A DNA stretch of 29,251 bases from a virus (Duplodnaviria > Caudoviricetes). This document shows, in pieces, positions 9,095 to 17,307 of this stretch. The DNA lies in IMG/VR virus record IMGVR_UViG_3300050154_000139, positions 1-29,251 of that record; one strand, written 5' to 3'. The notes under the pieces were generated by a model, which saw nothing but the letters and a program-made list of their open reading frames with translations, did no database searches and had not been told where the DNA came from. Within the stretch, counting starts at the first letter, position 1. Every line of letters begins with the position of its first letter. Position numbers and translations under genes: made by a program.

Positions 9095-9676
9095 TTAAAC
9101 AGCCACTGGCATTAAATAAAAATACACATTACCAACAGCTGAATTCATCGGGTAATATCCATTACCACTAAAAATGTCGTGGATCGTAACCCGCACAGCA
9201 TTGCGTTCTCCGCTGGTTTCAATATCAACGTTTGGATTTCTTGGGTTGAATAATTTTGATATTTTGCTGGCGATCTCAACATAATCGGTATTCAACCGAA
9301 TAACAGACACTGGATCTGGTTTGAATTTATTGATGATTTTCACATAATCAGGAAATTTCCCGTCAATCACCGTTACCATTCCAAACCCAACGACTTTATC
9401 AAACCGACCCCGGTATTCGACTTGCCCGACCTGCATTCCATCTCGTAGCGTCACCACGGCGGTATTGAATCGCGCCGGTACACTGCCGGAAAAACTCAGA
9501 ATAATGGGTTCGGTAATCGTATTGCAATGACGACCAAGAAACATGATATGCCCGTTTGTCGCAACCATATCACCGTTTGTTTGCAGGTAGATCCCGTTCA
9601 GATAAAATCGAATATCGTTTTTTGCTTGCGCCATCAATGCGGCGCGCAGGTGAGCTTCGTTGAAAATTAGTTCCAT
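9095..9676 (-). CDS. DNA polymerase III beta-clamp-like protein (short form)
   Basis: DIRFYLNGIYL, VATNGH, IDGKFPDY match the central domain of DnaN; 193 aa. Confidence 0.8.
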   Translation of the reverse strand: MELIFNEAHLRAALMAQAKNDIRFYLNGIYLQTNGDMVATNGHIMFLGRHCNTITEPIILSFSGSVPARFNTAVVTLRDGMQVGQVEYRGRFDKVVGFGMVTVIDGKFPDYVKIINKFKPDPVSVIRLNTDYVEIASKISKLFNPRNPNVDIETSGERNAVRVTIHDIFSGNGYYPMNSAVGNVYFYLMPVAV

Positions 9677-9692
9677 TTGTATCTCCTACTCA

Positions 9693-9899
9693 TTACACCG
9701 CGCGAGTCAATGACTTTTGGTTTTCTGTCAGTGAAGCATTGAATTTTTTTGCAAGTTCGATGTATTTTAATGCCTGATTGCTAACAGGTACGCTCAAGTC
9801 AAATGTATCATTGAGCGTGTCCAGCATTACTTTCTGTTCTTCTGTCAGAGTTTCTTTTGCTGCTTTAACCGCTGCATCGTGTTTAAAGAATCTGCTCAT
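9693..9899 (-). CDS. Hypothetical protein
   Basis: 68-aa ORF with GAGG RBS, first gene after promoter copy 2. Confidence 0.7.
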   Translation of the reverse strand: MSRFFKHDAAVKAAKETLTEEQKVMLDTLNDTFDLSVPVSNQALKYIELAKKFNASLTENQKSLTRAV

Positions 9900-9932
9900 T
9901 TCCGTGTTTCCTCATTTCGTTTCGATGAATTA

Positions 9933-9983
9933 AATATACATCCGCTCCCGCCATTTGTCGCTATTCTTTACATTGCTTTACAA
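9933..9983 (-). promoter_or_regulatory. Phage promoter element, copy 2
   Basis: TTGTAAAG-CAAT-GTAAAG-N26-GTATATT-TAATTCATCGAAAC. Confidence 0.75.
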
Positions 9984-11453
9984 TCTAGCTGACATGCACA
10001 GTTTCACGAACTTTGGATCAACTGGCACGTCTGCGGCTTTTGATTTGTCACTGACCCACCACTTTTGCCCGCGACAATCCATAAAGCCTGCAAGCAGTGC
10101 CTGCCCCAGGTACATTGATACCAGTTCCGATTTCCCGTAATCAAGATCTGAAGGGAAACACCGCTTCACCAGATCGATCAGCTTTGAACCCTGGCGCTTA
10201 TACGCATTCCTATTGAGCTCTGAACGATATATGGGGGATTTGTCCGTTGTCTCTCGAATGAGCGCGATGATCCGGTCTGCCAGCTCGTTCCAGCGCGCTT
10301 CGATCCCATTGTCGGTTTGATACAGATTGTCCATCAGTTGCAAGTACGCATCTGTCATCGAGCTGCAATAAAATTTATAGGCCCATTTCAGATGATTGGC
10401 TTTGATGTGCATCCCGTCTCCGGCTGCGATTAAAGTAGCGATGCGAATGACGGTTTCATAAGCCCGGACCATCAGATCTCCCGCCTCAGGATCATTGATC
10501 CCCAGCTCGAATCGTTCGTGGATCTGTCTTGCCACTTCAGCATCACTTGGGGCGGCATAGGTGATGGTTCCCTTTGCCCGTTCCCGCAGTCTGATCAGTT
10601 GTGCCACCACGCGGTCGCTGATCGGGATCTTGTTGCTGCCGGTTTCAGTCCATTCGCATGTAGCCCGTTCTTCTGAACCCATCACGACGATCAACCGTCC
10701 GACCAGCCCTGATGCGAATGCGTCCGGTGTGAAAAAACCCCGCATCTTGTCCGGCGTACTGACTCCGTACAGACATACGACCGGATTTTCCAGTCCGAGT
10801 TCCACCAGCTTGAGTCGTGCCTCGATTTCGTTCAGTCGTTTTGTGTACTCACTCCCGCCTTGATCAAATCCTTCGTCTTTGCTGTCCCGGTTCAGCCGCT
10901 TGATCTTGTCCTCTTTCGAGGCCCGCTCACTGCGCAGCGTCACGGTGTCGAACAGAAAGATCTTCTGGGTGTAGACGCTCATGAGCGTTTCCCCGATCTC
11001 GTCTTTGTAAGCGGCTCCCTGCTTCGCGCCGTCTTTCATCGTGTTAAAAAGTTTGTGGGCTTCATCCACGATGAAGTTAGCGTGGCCGCCGTTGTTCAGG
11101 ATCTCCTCACCAATTGATTTTGTTGATGCGATACTGCCAGCGGCTCTGATTTCCATCTTTCGAAGAAGCTCGGCAACGTATGACCTCCCGTTATCCTTCC
11201 CGCCGCCGGATGGAGCCACGCCGACACAGTACAGATTCGTTTTAATGCCCTCAGGAGTGAGCAGGTGGCTCGACAGGCATGCAGCCAGTGCGTAGATAGC
11301 GCTTATCGCACTCAAGCGCGGCTGTTCGCGTATAGCGCGTTTATTGACGTCATTGATAATTTCCTCGGCAAGGCCGTAGCAGTGATTCGGGTCGAACTGG
11401 TAATCACTGAACAGGTTATCCATGTCGAGGACAACACGTTTATTCACTCCCAT
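9978..11453 (-). CDS. DUF3987-like P-loop ATPase, putative replication initiator/helicase
   Basis: NLYCVGVAPSGGGKD (Walker A), FIVDE (Walker B), GVSTP, SGLVGRL. Confidence 0.8.
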   Translation of the reverse strand: MGVNKRVVLDMDNLFSDYQFDPNHCYGLAEEIINDVNKRAIREQPRLSAISAIYALAACLSSHLLTPEGIKTNLYCVGVAPSGGGKDNGRSYVAELLRKMEIRAAGSIASTKSIGEEILNNGGHANFIVDEAHKLFNTMKDGAKQGAAYKDEIGETLMSVYTQKIFLFDTVTLRSERASKEDKIKRLNRDSKDEGFDQGGSEYTKRLNEIEARLKLVELGLENPVVCLYGVSTPDKMRGFFTPDAFASGLVGRLIVVMGSEERATCEWTETGSNKIPISDRVVAQLIRLRERAKGTITYAAPSDAEVARQIHERFELGINDPEAGDLMVRAYETVIRIATLIAAGDGMHIKANHLKWAYKFYCSSMTDAYLQLMDNLYQTDNGIEARWNELADRIIALIRETTDKSPIYRSELNRNAYKRQGSKLIDLVKRCFPSDLDYGKSELVSMYLGQALLAGFMDCRGQKWWVSDKSKAADVPVDPKFVKLCMSARL

Positions 11454-11454
11454 G

Positions 11455-11691
11455 CTATAAGGCCCTCACAATCGCCGTGGTTGAATCGGACACCTTACGA
11501 CGTACGAATGCCTTACCGTGATACCCTCCGTGCTTTCTGGCGTGATTGGCGGCCCTTTCTGCGCATTTACGATCAACTAAGAAGAAATCATCCACTTCCA
11601 TCATAGAGAAACTCCAATGTCCGTCCGGTATAGAAATTTCGAGCGACCCGAAGTCGCTGCGATCTGAGAAAAATTTGTGAATTGTAATCAT
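11455..11691 (-). CDS. Small putative DNA-binding protein
   Basis: WSFSMMEVDDFFLV...ANHARKHG...F.RR resembles the phage (Y/W)PFxxMEVGDSF family; first gene next to the non-coding region. Confidence 0.5.
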   Translation of the reverse strand: MITIHKFFSDRSDFGSLEISIPDGHWSFSMMEVDDFFLVDRKCAERAANHARKHGGYHGKAFVRRKVSDSTTAIVRAL

Positions 11692-11731
11692 GCCTAAAAT
11701 CTCTTGTTTTTTCCTTGTTTATTTTTGTCAC

Positions 11732-11777
11732 TCTATCCCTTTTTTATCACCCTGTATATCTATCTATCCCTTTTTTA
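11732..11777. repeat. 15-bp direct repeat TCTATCCCTTTTTTA, two copies
   Basis: Copies at 11732-11746 and 11763-11777. Confidence 0.85.
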
Positions 11778-11805
11778 CCTCCTTGATCAAGCTAATTTTT
11801 ATTAG

Positions 11806-11825
11806 TACTGTATGGATTCACAGTA
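11806..11825. promoter_or_regulatory. LexA (SOS) box
   Basis: TACTGTATGGATTCACAGTA fits TACTGT-N8-ACAGTA; intergenic, upstream of the replication operon. Confidence 0.7.
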
Positions 11826-11843
11826 TGTTTTTTGTGTTTTTTG

Positions 11844-12154
11844 TACAAAAATACAAGAAAAAACAAGACAAAAAACAAGAGATTTCGTTTTAGTTTTCAA
11901 CGAGTTACATCAATCCTTGTAAATTTGTACGTTTTCCTAAGATACCTAAAATATTTTTGCCCTGTTTTTGGCTCGATCAAAACGTGGTCCAAATGGGTAC
12001 CTAGATCAGGGTTTGATCACGTTTTACATAGAAATAATAATAAAATATATAACATCATATAAATTCATACAAATAATACAAGGATTCCGCTAAGTGCTTG
12101 ATTTGCATGGGAAAAACTCTTGTTTTTTTCTTGTTTTTTTCTTGTATTTTTGTA
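11844..12154. repeat. Nested inverted repeats, putative replication origin
   Basis: 38-bp arms 11844-11881/12117-12154; 18-19-bp arms 11912-11929/12068-12086; inner arms 11979-11993/12012-12025; centre about 11999. Confidence 0.85.
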
Positions 12155-12266
12155 TTTTTTTTACAAGAGTTATTTGAGTCTGTTTTGAGTGTAAATATGG
12201 GGCTCACCATTGCATCGAGAAACGCGCTATAATCTGATGGTCAGATATAAGCAAAAGGTTATAATC

Positions 12267-12569
12267 ATGAAGGTTGCTATAAGCGATACTGATGTTACGA
12301 AATGTAAAGAAATCAGACTGATGTTGGTTAAAGCAATGGGGAGAAACGTCCAAGCTCCTTTAAAATCAATAGGTTACGTGATTTTCCCTCTGATACCATT
12401 CGTTACATGCATCAACAAATCCGTCATGATTAACCAGGTTTTTCTAATGCTATGCGACAAGCTCGAACACGGGATCGACGATTTAACTTATGATGAAACG
12501 TTGTTTCTTATTTCCGTGCGGGAGTGTGAATATGAGCCGAACAATGTACGGTTTCAAATGGAGAGTTAA
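12267..12569 (+). CDS. Hypothetical protein transcribed divergently from the replication genes
   Basis: ORF MKVAISD...; TATAAT at 12228-12233 upstream; start uncertain. Confidence 0.55.
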   Translation: MKVAISDTDVTKCKEIRLMLVKAMGRNVQAPLKSIGYVIFPLIPFVTCINKSVMINQVFLMLCDKLEHGIDDLTYDETLFLISVRECEYEPNNVRFQMES

Positions 12570-12768
12570 TCACGGAATTCTGATGGTTGTGTACCCAGAA
12601 ACGGGCGCGCACTACTTGCTGATAAGCCCGTTCAGGTCTATCCGCGAACGGGTGATGGAGTTGTTTCCGGAAGCGTTTGGTGCTCTGACTGAATCGCAGC
12701 GGCGCGGCCTGGCTGTTGAAATGATGAATTTTGCTAATGAGAATGGGCTTAATTATAAGAATTTGTAA
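12532..12768 (+). CDS. Hypothetical protein
   Basis: GGAG RBS before MSRTMYG; ends at a terminator. Confidence 0.65.
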   Translation: MSRTMYGFKWRVNHGILMVVYPETGAHYLLISPFRSIRERVMELFPEAFGALTESQRRGLAVEMMNFANENGLNYKNL

Positions 12769-12769
12769 T

Positions 12770-12807
12770 AATTAGGGCGGATGATGTGATGTATCTCCGC
12801 CCTAATT
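12770..12807. terminator. Hairpin between convergent genes, likely bidirectional terminator
   Basis: AATTAGGGCGGA...TCCGCCCTAATT 12-bp stem. Confidence 0.75.
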
Positions 12808-12814
12808 TGTTTAG

Positions 12815-13171
12815 TTACATACTCGATAAATCACGCATTTCCAAAATCTGATAAAAATAATCATCTGTCTTTAAGTCGTCATCTAGTCTCCACGTAAAAT
12901 CAAGAACCGTTTCAATCCAATTAAGCAATAGCTCATTTGCAAAAACATCTCGATTTCTGCAACAATTTCGATGAGGATTATCAAGATCTATTACATGAAA
13001 AAATCTACCCTCGGAAGCACGAATTAAATTCTTGATTGCCCGTCTTAAAGTGATTGATGCTTGATCTGGGTATTTTTCTTCATTTTTTTGATCTATCTCA
13101 ATAATTATCTTAATCCCCTTTGAGTTTAAATCTGGTGAATCGTTAAGTCTTAATTCGAATTTCTTAATCAT
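12815..13171 (-). CDS. Hypothetical protein (AT-rich gene)
   Basis: 118-aa ORF with AAGGA RBS. Confidence 0.7.
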   Translation of the reverse strand: MIKKFELRLNDSPDLNSKGIKIIIEIDQKNEEKYPDQASITLRRAIKNLIRASEGRFFHVIDLDNPHRNCCRNRDVFANELLLNWIETVLDFTWRLDDDLKTDDYFYQILEMRDLSSM

Positions 13172-13204
13172 TTTTTTGTCCTTATGATTTTATGGTTATT
13201 GATT

Positions 13205-13375
13205 CTACGAGCTCTGCTCCCTATCTTTCGCTGCGCAAGATTTTCCACAATACCTTCCCCAGCCACGATTGACATCCGCCACACGAACGATCTTTTCAGC
13301 TCCGCAATACGCACAGCGGATAACCATGGTTTTGGCGTGCGATCTGCGACGGATGAAACACACGAGTTCAGACAT
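13205..13375 (-). CDS. Small Zn-finger protein, 56 aa
   Basis: Manual translation ...IRCAYCGAEKIVRVADVNRGWGRYCGKSCAAK; CxxC...CxxxC. Confidence 0.7.
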   Translation of the reverse strand: MSELVCFIRRRSHAKTMVIRCAYCGAEKIVRVADVNRGWGRYCGKSCAAKDREQSS

Positions 13376-13703
13376 TTTCTTTCAGCCTAGTGATTTCGCG
13401 GCCATATTCAATTTTTAGCTTTAACGTATCACGGTATTTCTTTTCTGTTTCTTTCGCGTCTTTTTCATAATCATCGAGAATTCTTTCTTGCACTTCATTT
13501 CCAGCAATCAACAAAACGACAACCTTTCCGGCGTTCGTTAACGTGATTTCCCGGCGTTCAACCAAAATCAATCCAAGGTCGCTCAATTGAAGAATGGCAT
13601 CATTGCTATTAGTTGGAATATTATCTCGACTAATGAAACCGTCTACATTTATTTGTTTCAATATTTCGATTTCATATTGACTTAGCTTGATCATTGTCAT
13701 CAC
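13368..13703 (-). CDS. Putative winged-helix protein
   Basis: LSQYEIEILKQI...LSDLGLI...ITLTNAGK is a wHTH-like pattern. Confidence 0.5.
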   Translation of the reverse strand: MMTMIKLSQYEIEILKQINVDGFISRDNIPTNSNDAILQLSDLGLILVERREITLTNAGKVVVLLIAGNEVQERILDDYEKDAKETEKKYRDTLKLKIEYGREITRLKENV

Positions 13704-14203
13704 TCACTAATCTCCCCTTTGAGAATTTTGATAATAAAATTCCAATCGTTATGATCAGTCATGGCACCGCGCCGGATTTTAGCTGCTGATATCGCTTCAC
13801 CAATCCGACTTGTCAGCACTTCGCGTTCATCCTGGTATTCGGAATATTTTTTTCGCAAATCACGGATGTCAGAATCAAGATAAAGCAATCTTGCGCCTTG
13901 TTGATCTATCGTATTGTTATGCCGATTGAGTGTATTTTTTAGGTCGGATACTTCATCAGCTAGCCACATAATTTCGTTATTTCGATCTTGAATGGCTAGA
14001 TTAAGAGACTTAATCTCCTCGGATTTTTCTGAAAGAATTTTAGCATTACTCTCCCGAATGGCGTCAAGCTCACTACACAGCTTTACTTCATCATCTTCAT
14101 ATCTCCGGATGATGTCTTTCAAGTTTTCGATATGAGCTGCGTCACCACCCATAGCGTACACGCCAGCTTGAACGCCAACAACGAAGTCTTTTAGGTTGTT
14201 CAT
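13700..14203 (-). CDS. Coiled-coil hypothetical protein
   Basis: Heptad-rich 167-aa ORF with coupled start/stop overlaps. Confidence 0.7.
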   Translation of the reverse strand: MNNLKDFVVGVQAGVYAMGGDAAHIENLKDIIRRYEDDEVKLCSELDAIRESNAKILSEKSEEIKSLNLAIQDRNNEIMWLADEVSDLKNTLNRHNNTIDQQGARLLYLDSDIRDLRKKYSEYQDEREVLTSRIGEAISAAKIRRGAMTDHNDWNFIIKILKGEISE

Positions 14204-14391
14204 TCGTCGACTTCTCCAACGCCAGTTAATAGCGGGTCACCGGTACACTGTATTTCAATTTCTTGACCGTCAAATTCGCCATAGCCTGCGTTGATCAATT
14301 CGTCAGCATCAGCTTTAGATTCAGCATCCACATAAAAGCACTGTGTACCCTGGGCTTCAATAATTTCTATTTTGTAGTAATAGCGTTTCAT
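14200..14391 (-). CDS. Small acidic hypothetical protein
   Basis: 63-aa ORF, translationally coupled. Confidence 0.65.
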   Translation of the reverse strand: MKRYYYKIEIIEAQGTQCFYVDAESKADADELINAGYGEFDGQEIEIQCTGDPLLTGVGEVDE

Positions 14392-14393
14392 TA

Positions 14394-14657
14394 TTAACGC
14401 CCCTTAATTGGAGGGCAACCGTGTACTTGGTCGCCCTCATGCCATAACCGGTATAACATCGCGATTGCATCGATCATTTCAGCTCGAACATGTTCAGCGC
14501 TATCTCTATTTTCAGCATAATGGATCGCAGCCTTAACAACTTCACCTGATTCTTCAGCAATTTTGCTGATCACATAGTTTGGCTGCGGGTATTTTGCCAT
14601 TGCCGTTTCAGCTGTTGAAACTGCTTGGTCAACAAGTTTTTGAAAATCATTCATCAT
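14394..14657 (-). CDS. MazG-like nucleotide pyrophosphohydrolase
   Basis: KIAEESGEVVKA...AEMID (EExxE...ExxD). Confidence 0.7.
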   Translation of the reverse strand: MMNDFQKLVDQAVSTAETAMAKYPQPNYVISKIAEESGEVVKAAIHYAENRDSAEHVRAEMIDAIAMLYRLWHEGDQVHGCPPIKGR

Positions 14658-15217
14658 TCGTTATCCTTGCCAACCAATATTTCCCATACCTCTTGGAGCT
14701 CATCTTTGTTCATGCTATTTTTTTCATTACAAGCCTTCCAGATAATGAATCTGGCTTTGTCAATACGTTTTGATAACTCAATTTCGCAATTAGATTTAAT
14801 AGAGTTGCCAGTGCTAGTGACTGAATTCACTGGGATAATTGGTTTAAATTGTTTTTTTAAATCTTCGGTTTCTTTATTTGGTGTATGGCAAAGAGCTTTT
14901 AAATATGATTGATCATTAAAATGTCTCTTTAATTCTTCAGTATGTTCCTGTGAAAGTTTTGGAACCTTTATAACGGTCAAATTTTTTAGATACCGTTCAA
15001 CAAAATCACTACGGAGAACGATTAATTTATTCATTTTGCGTGGTTCGCATCTGGCAATGAGTTTATATGGACCACCAGCCCAGTTAGCATATGGAATTTC
15101 TTTGTAGATATAAATCTCGCCATCACTATTATCCTGCGCAGCGAATCCATATTCTTCCGGCCAATCTTCCGGCTTAATCAGCTCCAGAAGCGCGTCGATT
15201 AACTTTTGCTTTTTCAT
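14654..15217 (-). CDS. Hypothetical protein
   Basis: 187-aa ORF with AGGAG RBS; WPEEYGFAAQD is a phage-type N-terminal motif. Confidence 0.7.
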   Translation of the reverse strand: MKKQKLIDALLELIKPEDWPEEYGFAAQDNSDGEIYIYKEIPYANWAGGPYKLIARCEPRKMNKLIVLRSDFVERYLKNLTVIKVPKLSQEHTEELKRHFNDQSYLKALCHTPNKETEDLKKQFKPIIPVNSVTSTGNSIKSNCEIELSKRIDKARFIIWKACNEKNSMNKDELQEVWEILVGKDNE

Positions 15218-15261
15218 TTGTTTTCTCCTGTAGCGGCCAATTAAGGCCGCGTTTACTTTAA

Positions 15262-15540
15262 TTAGTCGCCGTCGCCGTTGCCGTCGCCGCTGCCGTCGCC
15301 GTAGCCGTTGCCGTAGCCGTCGCCGTTGCCGTTGCCGTAGCCGTTGCCGTAGCCGTTGCCGCTGCCGTTGCCGTTGCCGCTGCCGTAGCCGCTGCCGCTG
15401 CCGTAGCCGTCGCCGTTGCCGTTGCCGCTGCCGTCGCCGTTGCCGTTGCCGCTGCCGTAGCCGTTGCCGCTGCCGTAGCCGCTGCCGCTGCCGTTGCCGC
15501 TGCCGTTGCCGTCGCCGTTGTTTTTATTCAGCTTTGACAT
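15262..15540 (-). CDS. Glycine-rich (Gly-X)n repeat protein
   Basis: About 42 GGC-XXC units (X = N, S, Y, D); overlaps the end of the DUF6948-like gene. Confidence 0.7.
   Translation of the reverse strand: MSKLNKNNGDGNGSGNGSGSGYGSGNGYGSGNGNGDGSGNGNGDGYGSGSGYGSGNGNGSGNGYGNGYGNGNGDGYGNGYGDGSGDGNGDGD
15265..15519. repeat. 6-bp periodic repeat
   Basis: gcc followed by gtt, gct, gta or gtc throughout. Confidence 0.95.
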
Positions 15541-15907
15541 TTTGGGCGCCTTTCAGTGATTCAATTGCTTTTTGTGAACACGGGATGATTTCAATCGCAT
15601 CAAGCCAAACGCTTTCAACTGGCTCAACAATTTTACTGCCTGATTCATCAATTCCGTGAACTGCGCAGCCCGACAGTGATATTGAATCTCCGCCTGACTT
15701 CCAGCGGAACATGCGGCGAGCATTAGTCAGAATTACTTCTGTTCCGTCTTTCTGGTCTAGCTCGCCAAACCAACAACCGGCAGAATAAGTGCGGATAATT
15801 ACGTATTTGCCAATCATTGGAAAAACATTTTCAGCTTTATCGGCTTTATCGCCATTATTTCCATAAATTGCTGCTTTGATAATCATTTCAATAATTTTTT
15901 CGTTCAT
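15524..15907 (-). CDS. DUF6948-like protein
   Basis: GKYVIIRTYSAGCWFGEL...VILTNARRMFRW...SLSGCAVHG...AIEIIPCS. Confidence 0.8.
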   Translation of the reverse strand: MNEKIIEMIIKAAIYGNNGDKADKAENVFPMIGKYVIIRTYSAGCWFGELDQKDGTEVILTNARRMFRWKSGGDSISLSGCAVHGIDESGSKIVEPVESVWLDAIEIIPCSQKAIESLKGAQNVKAE

Positions 15908-15937
15908 TTGTTTTCTCCGTTGTGTTTCGATGAAATA

Positions 15938-15988
15938 AGTATACGAAATAGCGAGTTGAATTGCGCTTTAGTTTGCAAATCTTTACAA
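15938..15988 (-). promoter_or_regulatory. Phage promoter element, copy 3
   Basis: TTGTAAAG-ATTT-GCAAAC-N26-GTATACT-TATTTCATCGAAAC. Confidence 0.7.
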
Positions 15989-16008
15989 AAACCCAGCGCT
16001 TGGCTGGG

Positions 16009-16293
16009 CTATTCGGCATTCCTTGCTTTGCGCTCCGCTCGGTAGCGCTGGCGATAAAGTAAAAGCGGGTTCTCTCGACGCGGGCCATTGGGCTTCCTGC
16101 CCCAAAAAAAGATTTCATCAAGTGCGAAAACTAAATCACCACCGATGGATGTGAACGTTTTTGATGAAAAATCGAAGTGGAAAAATGACTCGATGACTTC
16201 TTGGTCTTTCGTTGCCAGTAAGACCGTAGCTCCAGGCTCTGGCAGCGCCTCCCCTCGCTTGTACCACTCAACCCTTGCTCTTGTCGGCATCAT
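16009..16293 (-). CDS. DUF551-like hypothetical protein
   Basis: WYKRGEALPEPGATVL motif. Confidence 0.55.
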   Translation of the reverse strand: MMPTRARVEWYKRGEALPEPGATVLLATKDQEVIESFFHFDFSSKTFTSIGGDLVFALDEIFFWGRKPNGPRRENPLLLYRQRYRAERKARNAE

Positions 16294-16517
16294 TCCACCT
16301 CCGGCAATGTCGCCCAGTGTGTTGGCTTTATGTTGAGGTAGATTTGAGCACCGCCGTCATAGTTTTCAGCATACAAACCCTCAACCCACGGGAAGAAATT
16401 CCCGTTGAAATATTCGGCGCACGTAATGCCAAAAAGAGCGCCATTCATTTCTTCGGCTACAATGACTGTTTGCCCATCACTGGGCTGAAAGTCAGTCAGT
16501 TTCACAAATTTGCTCAC
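16290..16517 (-). CDS. DUF551-like protein
   Basis: GTG start after AAGGAG; PSDGQTVIV...PTHWATLPE. Confidence 0.65.
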   Translation of the reverse strand: MSKFVKLTDFQPSDGQTVIVAEEMNGALFGITCAEYFNGNFFPWVEGLYAENYDGGAQIYLNIKPTHWATLPEVE

Positions 16518-16655
16518 AGCCAATCTCCTTAATTTCGATAAAATAAACGTTCTGACCATCCGCGCGATACTCCGCGCAACACTCCGTTTCATTGCATGTA
16601 AATTGCGTCCGAATGCATTTCTTGCAGTCCCGCACGGTTCCACTTCATGATACTT

Positions 16656-16913
16656 CTACTTCCATACATCCTCACGGAATAACGCCATGAATGAGATTGG
16701 CGCAAGAATTGAAGTTATGGTGAAAATGACAGCGCAAAAGAAAGCTACCAAAGCAAAAACTTCTGCCTGCTTATAAGCTGGCGCGGCCTTTGTAAGTAAC
16801 GCGATCCTGCTTACTTTATTTGCGGTTTCCACATCTGCTGGATGAAGAAACCGGAATACCCATACCGCGCCGACCGCCGCGCTACAAGCGAGATAGAGAT
16901 TTATTAGCATCAT
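16656..16913 (-). CDS. Membrane protein with two TM segments
   Basis: Two hydrophobic segments; coupled to the DUF4406 gene. Confidence 0.65.
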   Translation of the reverse strand: MMLINLYLACSAAVGAVWVFRFLHPADVETANKVSRIALLTKAAPAYKQAEVFALVAFFCAVIFTITSILAPISFMALFREDVWK

Positions 16914-17281
16914 TCACCCGCTTTTATTTCAATAATCCCATTTTCATCAGCAAACCGCTTTTCGATGTTTGCGCCTTTTGATTTTTCCCAGCCATCCAGC
17001 ATGATTATGTGCGTGCATTCCGCCAGCATCCTCATCGTCAAATCCATGTAGAAATCATATGGCAAACCCTGTGGGAAAACGCATGGGTTCAGCACGATAT
17101 CATATGGATGCGCCAATAAGTGTTTGCGGTGCGCCGCCAGAAACGCCGAACGATTTGCATAGGCATAACCGGTGATTGGGCCAGAGATGAATACAATCCT
17201 GGGCACATAATCATCGATCGCTGGATTCTCGATTATTGGCACAAGCCCAGCAAGGTAGAGATTTTCCGTTGCGTAACTCAT
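16910..17281 (-). CDS. DUF4406 protein (nucleoside deoxyribosyltransferase-like fold)
   Basis: FISGPITG, VLNP, MLDGWEKSKGANIE. Confidence 0.85.
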   Translation of the reverse strand: MSYATENLYLAGLVPIIENPAIDDYVPRIVFISGPITGYAYANRSAFLAAHRKHLLAHPYDIVLNPCVFPQGLPYDFYMDLTMRMLAECTHIIMLDGWEKSKGANIEKRFADENGIIEIKAGE

Positions 17282-17307
17282 TTTTGGTCTCCATGTTTGT
17301 TTCGGTA

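Noticed and set aside
11979-12025. Protelomerase telRL-like site
   Set aside because: The central symmetry is imperfect and interrupted, and no protelomerase gene is visible
11690-12062. Plus-strand ORFs of 67 and 76 aa
   Set aside because: Low-complexity translations of the A/T-tract repeat region with no RBS
15265-15519. DGR-like adenine-specific variation (AAC to AGC/TAC/GAC)
   Set aside because: No reverse transcriptase or template/variable repeat pair in the window; slippage plus amino-acid selection explains it
15888-16121. 77-aa minus-strand ORF
   Set aside because: Overlaps two better-supported genes and spans promoter copy 3
16494-16666. Possible TGA readthrough or recoding in the frame MEVEVS*SGTVRDCKKC...
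   Set aside because: Single weak case; TGA, TAG and TAA all end well-supported genes elsewhere, so there is no evidence of code reassignment
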